A stretch of DNA of 51,216 nt from Octopus bimaculoides (lineage: Eukaryota): positions 33,386,837-33,438,052 of the forward strand of contig NC_068986.1 of the NCBI RefSeq assembly GCF_001194135.2. Reading direction: 5' to 3'. How positions within the stretch are numbered: the first letter of the stretch is position 1; each line of letters opens with the position of its first letter. Below, in pieces: positions 1 to 10,467 of this stretch. The notes beneath the pieces are model-generated. The model was given only the letters and a program-made list of their open reading frames with translations. It was not told the origin of the DNA and did not search any database. Made by a program: the position numbers and the translations under genes.

Positions 1-281
1 ATTTACTTTACTTTATATTATACTCATTTATTGTGCTTTTAATTATTAATTTTTCTATATGTGATAGTGGATTTTCATTGATGAGTTCTTGAAAATTGGT
101 TATTTTCCCTAAAACTATATATATTTTATATATACTTTATCTATAAGGCTCAATTTAATTTTTTATAAATTGATTTTAATTGAGTTTTTTACCTGTAATT
201 TTGGATTTTGTCCCTAATAATATTATTATTATATTGATATACATATATACACGTGTGTTTGGGTGCGTGTGTGTATATACA

Positions 282-372
282 TCTCTATATATAACGATGA
301 TTCGTAGTCTAGACGGCGTTTTTAGATTTCATTATTCTCTTTAGCCCGGGCAACGCCGGGTATTTCTGCTAG
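282..372 (+). mobile_element. Minimal non-autonomous Helitron (91 bp)
   Basis: Starts TC (282) after A281. Ends CTAG (369-372) before T373. GC hairpin CCCGG-gcaacg-CCGGG (345-360) lies 8 nt upstream of the CTAG. No TSD. These are the canonical Helitron termini and A/T insertion site. Confidence 0.8.
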
Positions 373-514
373 TATATATATATATATACACATACATTTA
401 TATATATACGTATATATGCATAAGCATTTGCATATACATATAAATATATATGTACGTATTTATGAATGTATGTATTTACGTATGTATGTATGTACGTATG
501 TATTTGCGTACGTA

Positions 515-1558
515 TTGTTGAAAAGTGTCCAATGGACTAGCCTTGCTATATTGTCGTGGCGTCTCTTATATTCTTTGTGGGCCAGTTCTTAGTGCTTGCT
601 CTCGGGTAGCACAGATTAGAGCCTCCGTTTCTGGTTTTAAATCACTTTAATCTATAGCCATCTTTTTTCATTGTCTGTCTTATCTTCAACATCCCTATGA
701 AATTGACCAACACCGAAGTTTTCTGCTGCAAAAATATTTGCTGCTTTGATCAAATTATTTGTTTCTCTGATGTTGTGTGTTCTGATGTATTTCAGAATTT
801 CATTGACAGTTTTCGTTTCTTGGTTCAATTTCCACCGATCAACCTTTTTAAGGTTGCAAATAATTTCGCTATCGTTCTCCTGTAGTCTTGCCTTTGTTCT
901 GTCGTAGATTGCCTTTTGTTCATCTGACATGTCACCATGAGTTTTATTGTCTTCTTTCAGATCATCTAAATGTTTCTCATCAAGTAAACTACCACTGCTC
1001 CTTTCCTGTGCTATGAGATTACTCTTATTAGTAAGAACTGTATTTTCATCGTTATCTCTGCTGCTATTTTCCAAAACCCGTCTTTTGATAGCTTCGAGCT
1101 CTACGTCTGTGAACCAACGATCTTTTCTTAACGGTCTAGCTTGATCACATAGTCTCTGTTCCATGAGTTGAAACAATCCCTTTTCCCTCCAATTGTCATC
1201 GTTAGGTTGTCGGTAAACCCTAATCTGAGCACCATTTTCATCTACCGGGTTGCTTAGGCTGTGAAACCCCATAACCACAGCATTTATTTGCTTGCTCCAT
1301 CTACGCCGTGTATGGTGGTCCCTTTCTGGATATCGACAGGCTGGAGCCGGACCAGAATCTCTGAGCCTGCCGGGTGCAACACTGTCATCATCATTGGCTT
1401 CAGTTTCATTACCACCGTTACTCACAATATTTTCTTTTTTCATTGTCACTCATATGAGGTAGCGATTATTAGGTTGCACAGTTACCAGTGTTTTTCTTTT
1501 GACACCATCACTAGATGTATCATTAATCAGGACAAGGAGAAGCTCCACCCACTTCCTT

Positions 1559-1560
<2 letters not shown>
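515..1560 (-). mobile_element. Internally deleted R4/Dong-clade (RLE-type) non-LTR retrotransposon remnant
   Basis: ORF 652-1449(-) has R4/Dong-like N-terminal motifs (RRRWSKQIN..VVM, WREKGLFQLMEQRLCDQAR..RKDRWFTDVELEAIKRR, ETNNLIKAA). These are fused to C-terminal motifs GQFHRD..EKRWL and, in other frames, SDLKPETEALICA..EQALRT and LAHKEYKRRHDNIARLVHWTL. The RT domain is absent. Clade assigned from recalled family motifs. Confidence 0.75.
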
Positions 1561-1608
<48 letters not shown>

Positions 1609-1809
1609 ATCATCATCATCATTGATATCACTGATATTATTATTTTTATTTTCTTACTATTTGTCATTGTTATATTAACAGACTTAGAGGTTACACAGGC
1701 CTATGCAAGACAGGGATGGCACCAATTTCCAGCGCTGTTCACATGGACAGCCACATAGAAAAGAAAAAAATTACGCTATTATTATTATTATCATCATTAT
1801 TATTATTAT

Positions 1810-1862
<53 letters not shown>

Positions 1863-1936
1863 TTACTACTACTATTTTTATTTTTATTACAATTATTATT
1901 AAGCCTTATCATTATTACTACTACTACTATTATTAT
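1561..1936. repeat. Compound (ATT)n/(ATC)n/(ACT)n microsatellites
   Basis: Directly visible trinucleotide runs, interrupted by about 120 bp of unique sequence at about 1640-1770. Confidence 0.95.
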
Positions 1937-1938
1937 TA

Positions 1939-2148
1939 AGGCTGTGAGCTGGCAGAATTGTTAGCACACCGGGCGAAATGCATAGCGGAATTTCCTCCGT
2001 CTTCATGTTCGGAGTTCAAATTCTGCCGAAATCGACTTTCCTTTTCTTCCTTTCCTGGTCCATAAAATAGTACTAGTTGAATACTGTGATCGATGAAATT
2101 GACTATCACCATCCCCAAAATTTGAGGCCTTGTGCCTATAATAGAATA
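1939..2148 (+). mobile_element. tRNA-derived octopus-type SINE, family A
   Basis: Head gctgtgagctggcagaattgttagcacaccgggcgaaatgc...gagttcaaattctgccga..tcgacttt, shared with copies at 11418, 25771 and 30161. Followed by an (ATT)n tail. Confidence 0.85.
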
Positions 2149-2185
2149 TATTATTATTATTATTATTATTATTATTAAGCAGCAA

Positions 2186-2218
<33 letters not shown>

Positions 2219-3079
2219 CTGTAGTTGTAGAGTCAATTGTTACTGTATTTATTTTCTGACTACGTTCTTTTTATAGGGTTACTTTCAAAAGTTGGTAAAC
2301 CAATATATTGTAGATATGTAGACTTCCCGACTAAATCAGAATAAATGAAAAGCCACGAAGTTTGCTGGTATCAAATGAAATAACAATGAATACATTATAA
2401 ATTGCAAGCCCTACTATGCTCAGTTATCAGCACTACGAATCTTATAGGATGTTGCAATATCTATTCCTGTTATTGTACGAACGACATTCTTTACAGGTAA
2501 GTGAAATAAATCGCTTTTAAATGGCTCTCAAATCAGAATATCTGACACCGCTGCTCTTCATCAGGCGGACAACGTGATACTGCGTGACATAAAAAAAGGC
2601 ATAGCGATGTTGACTGTTATTGATTGCTATTAACCCCAGCTGAGCGCTGAATGAGAAAGCTTTCACATTTGATCATGACATCTCTGCTTTTCAGGCATTA
2701 TGTGCCTACGATTACATTTTCCAATGCTACAAAATAGATATTAGATACAAATAAAACGTTTAAAAAAAGCACAGAAAATGGGAATTGTTCAAACACAGAC
2801 TGACAACTATTGAGGTATTAAAACACCTGACATTTTACAATGCGCACAGATGAAGGAAAATATTAAGAAGTAATATTTCAAACGCATTATTTTAATACTC
2901 TGAAAAAAGCTAAATAGGAAGCAAAAATCACTTAATATATATATATATCAACATTGTAGCTGTTCCTTTTGGATATGAATGTAGACTGCAGGAGAGACTG
3001 CGGATCACCCAATTCACATACACACACATACACGCATATACACACACATAAATACGTACGTACAGACAGACGAATAGAT

Positions 3080-3149
<70 letters not shown>

Positions 3150-3657
3150 AGATACAGAGAGAGAGGGGGGAGAGACAGAGAGAGAGAGAAAGCTGTGTGA
3201 GAGAGGGTCTTGCATACTTATAGGGTGTAAGTGTGCATGTATGTCTTTTGGAATGCAGGAAGTTTTGCGGAACATAAATAAATCAAAAACTAATAAAGCT
3301 GAAGAAAGATTAAACGTTTTGTGTGCGAGTGTTAAACTTTCACCTGAAGACTTTTAATTATCTGATTTTTCGGATCAAAACACCAAGTGCGAGGAGAACG
3401 GCGAACGCGCCTATTTTCTTCGCATCTCAAGTTGTGAGAATTGCGGTTACTCTTAGGTTTCCTCAATGAGTGGTATATTGTGTTGATCATACTAAAGACG
3501 GTACACATTTCACTAGTGCACTTATTACACATACAGAAACGCACACACATAGATATATACATACAAACCCCCACACACATACACTTTGACACAAACACAC
3601 ACGCATATATATATATATATTACACGTGTAATCTTTTTATTATATTTATCTTATGAT

Positions 3658-3885
3658 ATTTACTTTACTTTATATTATACTCATTTATTGTGCTTTTAAT
3701 TATTAATTTTTCTATATGTGATAGTGGATTTTCATCGATGAGTTCTTGAAAATTGGTTATTTTCCCTAAAACTATATATTTTATATATACTTTATCTATA
3801 AGGCTCAATTTAATTTTAATTTTTTATAAATTGATTTTAATTGAGTTTTTTACCTGTAATTTTGGATTTTGTCCCTAATATTATT
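3658..3885 (+). repeat. Near-identical direct copy of 1-226
   Basis: Same AT-rich sequence as the window start, with one substitution and small indels. Ends at an N-gap. Confidence 0.9.
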
Positions 3886-4610
3886 NNNNNNNNNNNNNNN
3901 NNNNNNNNNNNNNNNNNNNNNNNNNNNNNNNNNNNNNNNNNNNNNNNNNNNNNNNNNNNNNNNNNNNNNNNNNNNNNNNNNNNNNNNNNNNNNNNNNNNN
4001 NNNNNNNNNNNNNNNNNNNNNNNNNNNNNNNNNNNNNNNNNNNNNNNNNNNNNNNNNNNNNNNNNNNNNNNNNNNNNNNNNNNNNNNNNNNNNNNNNNNN
4101 NNNNNNNNNNNNNNNNNNNNNNNNNNNNNNNNNNNNNNNNNNNNNNNNNNNNNNNNNNNNNNNNNNNNNNNNNNNNNNNNNNNNNNNNNNNNNNNNNNNN
4201 NNNNNNNNNNNNNNNNNNNNNNNNNNNNNNNNNNNNNNNNNNNNNNNNNNNNNNNNNNNNNNNNNNNNNNNNNNNNNNNNNNNNNNNNNNNNNNNNNNNN
4301 NNNNNNNNNNNNNNNNNNNNNNNNNNNNNNNNNNNNNNNNNNNNNNNNNNNNNNNNNNNNNNNNNNNNNNNNNNNNNNNNNNNNNNNNNNNNNNNNNNNN
4401 NNNNNNNNNNNNNNNNNNNNNNNNNNNNNNNNNNNNNNNNNNNNNNNNNNNNNNNNNNNNNNNNNNNNNNNNNNNNNNNNNNNNNNNNNNNNNNNNNNNN
4501 NNNNNNNNNNNNNNNNNNNNNNNNNNNNNNNNNNNNNNNNNNNNNNNNNNNNNNNNNNNNNNNNNNNNNNNNNNNNNNNNNNNNNNNNNNNNNNNNNNNN
4601 NNNNNNNNNA

Positions 4611-4830
4611 AACGTATATTTGTTTACTTGTGCCTGTGTTTGTACGCCCACCGTCGATTGACAACCGATGTTGGTGTTTATGGTACCGAAAATTAGGAGT
4701 TCGGCAAAAGAGACCCATAGGATAAGTACTAGGCTGACAAAGAATAAGTCCTGAGGTCTATTTGTTCGACTAAGACCCATTAAGGTGGTGCACCTGCATG
4801 ACTGCAGTCAAATAGCTAAAACAAATAAAA
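4611..4830 (+). mobile_element. 3' half of CORE-type SINE (family C)
   Basis: ttgacaaccgatgttggtgttta...gttcggcaaaagagacccataggataagtactaggc...gcatgactgcagtcaaat. Matches the tails at 10222, 11539, 35466(-) and 46038(-). Confidence 0.8.
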
Positions 4831-4930
4831 GAATAAAGGAATATATATATGTGTGTGTGTGTGTGTGTGTTTGTGTGTGTGTGTATGTATAACAAAAGAG
4901 GGTTGGTGTTTCCACGCAGGAGAAAATATA

Positions 4931-5128
4931 GGAAAATGTGTTGTTGAAAATGCACCTAAATTTCAAAAACTCGTAAATGTTTAAAATACATTTATTTACA
5001 TGTATACCAAACTAGTTTCAACAATAAATATTGAAACTAATTTGGTATATATGTAAATATATGTATTTTAAACATTTACAAGTTTTGGGGAATTTAGGTG
5101 CATTTTCAACATCAACAAAACATTTTCC
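4931..5128. mobile_element. Foldback MITE (whole element an imperfect palindrome), TA-flanked
   Basis: Left arm ggaaaatgtgttgttgaaaatgcacctaaattt...ctagtttcaa pairs with right arm ttgaaactaatttgg...aatttaggtgcattttcaacatcaacaaaacattttcc. 9-nt loop at 5022-5030. TA at 4929-30 and 5129-30. Confidence 0.75.
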
Positions 5129-5135
5129 TAGATAG

Positions 5136-5166
<31 letters not shown>

Positions 5167-6295
5167 CAGGGGTTGGATAAAATAGTGGAAATACCTTAAA
5201 AGTTCAAACAACTTTATTGTAATATGGGATAGGACCGCCTTTAGCAGTAATTACAGTTTGAATTCTACGAGGTATGGACTCCTACATAGTTTGAATTCAG
5301 TTCTACATTTAAGAGATGAGGAATTATGCACATTATTTACATTATTTATATTTTGACGGACATTTGTCCTCATCTTGTTTGTTATTAATACAACGTTTCG
5401 GCTGGTATACCCTCCAGCCTCCATCAAGTGTCTTGGGGATATTCCGAACCTGAGTTCTCATTCCTTAAGTATTTTTCGATGTTGTTATTATTATTATTAT
5501 TATTATTATCATTATTATTATTAATATTATTATTATTGTTGTTATTAGTCAGGTCACTGCTTAGAATAGAACTCGGAATCTTGGGGTTAGTAGCCCTTGC
5601 TCTTAACCACTACGCCATATTGTTTTGATTATACTAAAGCTTGTACATATTTCACTAGCGCAATTATTACACATACAGAAACACACACATACACCCCCAC
5701 CCCCACCCCCACACACATACATACATACATACGTACATACATATATACATACAAGCATGCATACATGCATGCATACATAGATACAAACACCCACACACAT
5801 ACACACTGACCCAAACACAAACTGGGTTCTCGAGGTGGTCATTAAGCTCTGCAGTAATCTTGGAAGCTCTACTTTTGTGATCCTTTCTAACAATTTGCGT
5901 AAGAGTCCGACGGTCCTTATCTGAAAGATTTGGTTTTCTTCCGTAGTTTCGTTTCGAGGAGGAGGTTTTTCCCTCTTTCTCGAAGGCTGTCATTACTTTC
6001 GAGACAATACTTCTTGATACACCAAACATTTCGGCTGTTTTCGTTACACTAGCGCCTGCCATTTGAGCACCAACAATCTGACCTCTTTGAAAGTTCGATA
6101 GATCTGTCATTTTAATGGATTTTTAATTACCTTTTTATGGCGAAAAGAAACAGCAATTTTAGAAAAACATATTAAGCCACACTAATAAAAAATTAAAAAA
6201 ATATAAAAATAAACAATCTTTTGTTGGTTTTAGAGATATTTAAAAAATTATGATGCTGTGATGCTAGATGTTTCCATTATTTTGTCCAACCCCTG
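5167..6295 (-). mobile_element. Tc1-family DNA transposon, internally deleted/replaced
   Basis: 27-bp TIRs CAGGGGTTGGA(T/C)AAAATA(G/A)TGGAAA(T/C)A with 3 mismatches and TA TSDs. Transposase N-terminal HTH at 5820-6110(-) (MTDLSNFQRGQIVGA..GRKPNLSDKDRRTL..ITAELN). C-terminal ESIPRRIQTVITAKGGPIPY at about 5215-5298(-). DDE core missing. Confidence 0.9.
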
Positions 6296-6870
6296 TATAT
6301 ATACATTCAAGTGCATGCGTATGAAATTATATTTCATTTATAATTCTAATTAAAATCAAAGGGGTAAAAGTTTGGATTTAATGGAAACATCACAATTGCT
6401 TTTGTGGTTTTATTAATATTTCACGCATTCTTTTTTCAAATGCTGCATTTATGTAATTCACTGTTGATTGTTTTGCATTTCATGCCTTCTCTTTTTAGCG
6501 TCCCCATTAAAAAGTTGTTCATTGGAAAATGCGCAGCAATTTCTCTGTTACATCTTCACTCAATCAACGTGTTTCATAATTTTTTATCAACATAGGTCTT
6601 CAGGTCGTAATTCTAATGGAAACGGGTTCTGTCTTGTTGGAAATTAAACTGTTTCTCCCCATCGAATACCACTCCAATATTTCACGTGATGGATTCCTGG
6701 ATTTCAAATAAATGGAACCCGTCACAGCGTTCTCAAAACGAAATGGGCTAATAAAATATAATGCAAATTTAATAATTTCATATAGTATTTGTTTGTAATA
6801 TGATGATTGTCACTTACCCAATGTTGCAAATGTAGCAGTTCAATTAGCCATACACTTCACGAATGATATT

Positions 6871-7043
6871 CTTTTCTACTCTAGGCACAAGGTCCGAAAT
6901 TTTTGGGGAGGGACCAGTTGATTAGATCGACCGCAGTACGCAACTGGTAATTAATTTATCGACCCCGAAAGGATGAAGTGCGAGGTCGACCTCGGTGGAA
7001 TTTGAACTCAATACGTAAAGACAGACGAAATACCGCTAAGCAT
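6871..7043 (-). mobile_element. SINE family A, 5'-truncated
   Basis: tttatcgaccccgaaaggatgaa..gtcgacctcggtggaatttgaactc..gacgaaataccgctaagcat is the reverse complement of the family A body. Confidence 0.85.
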
Positions 7044-7817
7044 ATATATAAATTAATAAACAGGAGAATAGAGATTTATATAACCAGTTTTATTCTGCTG
7101 TCAATCACGTCTTTCAATTTCTGCGCCTACATGTGTTTCTTCAACTGGAAAGAAGTGACTGACAGTAGAATAAAAATGGATATATAAATCATTATTCACC
7201 TTATCATTAATTTATTATTTCTACTCTACCGACAACATGCAGATTCTATCGAGACATATGGATATACCGATGTGAAGGTCTACTGTGGATAGTAAAATAA
7301 ATTAACAGAAATCTTACTAAACTCACGGAGGTTAGCCAGCATTATTAGCCGGTAAAATCTAATACAGTAACTGCTAGGATTGTAAATCCCTATCAACATA
7401 TATATATATATANNNNNNNNNNNNNNNNNNNNNNNNNNNNNNNNNNNNNNNNNNNNNNNNNNNNNNNNNNNNNNNNNNNNNNNNNNNNNNNNNNNNNNNN
7501 NNNNNNNNNNNNNNNNNNNNNNNNNNNNNNNNNNNNNNNNNNNNNNNNNNNNNNNNNNNNNNNNNNNNNNNNNNNNNNNNNNNNNNNNNNNNNNNNNNNN
7601 NNNNNNNNNNNNNNNNNNNNNNNNNNNNNNNNNNNNNNNNNNNNNNNNNNNNNNNNNNNNNNNNNNNNNNNNNNNNNNNNNNNNNNNNNNNNNNNNNNNN
7701 NNNNNNNNNNNNNNNNNNNNNNNNNNNNNNNNNNNNNNNNNNNNNNNNNNNNNNNNNNNNNNNNNNNNNNNNNNNNNNNNNNNNNNNNNNNNNNNNNNNN
7801 NNNNNNNNNNNNNNNNN

Positions 7818-8050
7818 CAACACCAATTATCAAGCGATATTGGGGAACAAACACAGACATAAAAACATGCGCTCTCACAGATATTTATACTTATACATAC
7901 ACATACACGACAGACTTCTTTTCAGTTTCCGTCTACCAAATCCACTCACAAGGCTTTGGTCGGCTCGAAGCTATAGTAGAAGACACATCCCCAGGGTGTC
8001 ATGTTGTGGGACTGAACCTGCAAGCATTTGGTTGGGAAGCAAGCTTCTTA
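7818..8050 (-). mobile_element. CORE-type SINE (family C)
   Basis: cttcttttcagtttccgtctaccaaatccactcacaaggctttggtcggc..gggactgaacc..ttgggaagcaagcttctta. The reverse strand has a tRNA-like head and a MIR-CORE-like segment. Confidence 0.85.
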
Positions 8051-8636
8051 TATATGTGTGTGTGTGTGTGTGTGCGAGAGAAGAAAATAATGACGGAAAC
8101 GAGAAGAGGAATTCAGGTTATCAAAAAGGTGTTAGATGACAGGGAAATGTACTTGATATATTACAGATTTGCACAAAATATTCATCAGTATAACGTAGCC
8201 ATCCAAGAACATGTGTTTGATATTAATTTCCTACATATATACAAATGCTTCGTGTTGGCATCAAATATGCCTGTGGAATCAAGGTAGCGCGGTGCAATTG
8301 TTGCAAGTCCCCTTAGTGCTGGTGCTAGTGTTAGTAAGTGCAAAATACCTATAGACACATATGATTATTTTTATGAGTGTGTTTGTGTTCTTGTAATTCA
8401 CTCGAATAATGCATAGTTATATATGTGCATATGCATGTGTCTGTATATATGTATATATCACTCACACGCACACATACGCTCAAACACTCATACACACATA
8501 CAAAAGCACCACACACATACAGAGTGGCACAGTCACATACACAGACACACAAACACACGCATATATCTGGATGTTTTGTTGTCCCTTTCTTGTATCACCC
8601 AACTGTCTGGATGTTTTCCGTTCTTGTCCCATTTTG

Positions 8637-8675
<39 letters not shown>

Positions 8676-9158
8676 TNNNNNNNNNNNNNNNNNNNNNNNN
8701 NNNNNNNNNNNNNNNNNNNNNNNNNNNNNNNNNNNNNNNNNNNNNNNNNNNNNNNNNNNNNNNNNNNNNNNNNNNNNNNNNNNNNNNNNNNNNNNNNNNN
8801 NNNNNNNNNNNNNNNNNNNNNNNNNNNNNNNNNNNNNNNNNNNNNNNNNNNNNNNNNNNNNNNNNNNNNNNNNNNNNNNNNNNNNNNNNNNNNNNNNNNN
8901 NNNNNNNNNNNNNNNNNNNNNNNNNNNNNNNNNNNNNNNNNNNNNNNNNNNNNNNNNNNNNNNNNNNNNNNNNNNNNNNNNNNNNNNNNNNNNNNNNNNN
9001 NNNNNNNNNNNNNNNNNNNNNNNNNNNNNNNNNNNNNNNNNNNNNNNNNNNNNNNNNNNNNNNNNNNNNNNNNNNNNNNNNNNNNNNNNNNNNNNNNNNN
9101 NNNNNNNNNNNNNNNNNNNNNNNNNNNNNNNNNNNNNNNNNNNNNNNNNNNNNNNNNN

Positions 9159-9193
<35 letters not shown>

Positions 9194-9336
9194 CAAAAAT
9201 ATATGTGTGTGTGTGTGTGTCTGGCTACATCAGATAGTGAAATTCATATTATTATTATTATTATTAGTTCATACAGACACACAGTGCATTAAACTGTTAG
9301 AAAAAAAAATCCTAACATCAGGCTACAACAATTAAA

Positions 9337-9702
9337 TGTTGATGTCAAGATCCTTCCTAAATATTCTAGCTGTCCTTAATAACGCTGCTCTCTTGAGCTT
9401 GACTGAACTAGGTTTTATGCACATTTCCTCTATGCCTCACTTTATATCTTTAGGGATAGTTCCTAATGCACCTTATAACTAGACGGGCACATTTTAACCG
9501 CACTTTCCATCGCCTCTGTAACTGAATGAATAGGTCCTGGTAATTTGCTATTTTCTCTATATATCTCATATTGATTTTCTCATACTCTGAGACTATACAA
9601 TCAATTCCAGTGAACTTTCTGTTCTCTTTGTTTACTGCTACTAAATCAGGACTCCTAACTTCTATTACCCTTTCAGTCTGAATGTTGAAATCTCAAAATA
9701 TA
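9337..9702 (-). mobile_element. R4/Dong-clade retrotransposon C-terminal restriction-like endonuclease remnant (pseudogenic)
   Basis: The minus strand translates to IF*DFNIQTERVIEVRSPDLVAVNKENRKFTGID...EKIANYQDLFIQLQRRWKV. After a frameshift it continues VIGALGTIPK...KRAALLRTARIFRKDLDI, the PD-(D/E)xK RLE tail of R4-clade ORFs. Confidence 0.8.
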
Positions 9703-10221
9703 GACAACACATGATATTGCAAGTGGGGCCCAGTTAGAATTTTCTTCAAGTCGAGTAGCACATCCTGCTCAAAAGGTCACTAAATAAACCTTGTTTTAGG
9801 GTGTTGAACGAAATACCCATGTTTCCAAAAGTGAATTATTCGAACGCCAAAAAGTTCCTTTCGGCACATGGCTATGGTTCTTCCCACACTACTTCTGCTG
9901 GTGATCAGAGATACACATATTATAATTGTTAGCACATCGGGTAAAACGCTTTGCGGCATTTCATCATTGTTGTTATTGTATTGTTGTCATTGCTATTATT
10001 AATAATATAAAAATCGTTCAGGATATTTGTCACTCATATGTATATATTCATATGTGGAGTAGGGGAGTGTACACATATTTATTTTATATCGTTCTTAAAT
10101 CATATCAAATAGCATTGCATAGTGTGTCTTTAAGACATTTTAAAATGACCTAAATGTATACCAGAATGAAATATGAAAACGAAACAGATAATTATCGAAA
10201 TAATTTTTAAACATTGCGTGC

Positions 10222-10438
10222 ATGTGTGTCTTTGAGTCTGTGCTTGTCCCCCACCGCCTATTGATCACCGGTGTTTGTGCGTTTACGTTCCTGTAACCTA
10301 GCGGTTCGGCCAAAGGGACTGACAGCAGGCTTAAAAAATAAAATAAATAAGTACTTGCGTCGATTCGTTCGACCAACAATTCTTCAAAGTGGTGCCCCAG
10401 GATGGTTGCAGTCTAATGACAGAAACAAATAAAAATAA
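10222..10438 (+). mobile_element. 3' half of SINE family C
   Basis: tgtcccccaccgcctattgatcaccggtg..gtaacctagcggttcggccaaag..gtcgattcgttcgacc..gcagtctaatgacagaaac. Confidence 0.75.
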
Positions 10439-10467
10439 TTTTTTTTTCATTAATTAATGGCATAACT

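Noticed and set aside
1640-1770. Possible HDV-like ribozyme upstream of the R4 element
   Set aside because: Only a simple hairpin (gctgt/acagc) was found; I could not build the nested double pseudoknot by eye.
2520-2570. Minus-strand CTGATGAAGAGC
   Set aside because: No downstream GAAA, stem III or NUH in register.
3340-3415. CTGAAGAC...GAACGCGCCTA resembling an HHR
   Set aside because: The core is incomplete and there is no stem I or stem II pairing.
6555-6610. Minus-strand CTGAAGA...GAAACACGTT hammerhead-like string
   Set aside because: Stem II and stem I do not pair convincingly; at best a very old relic.
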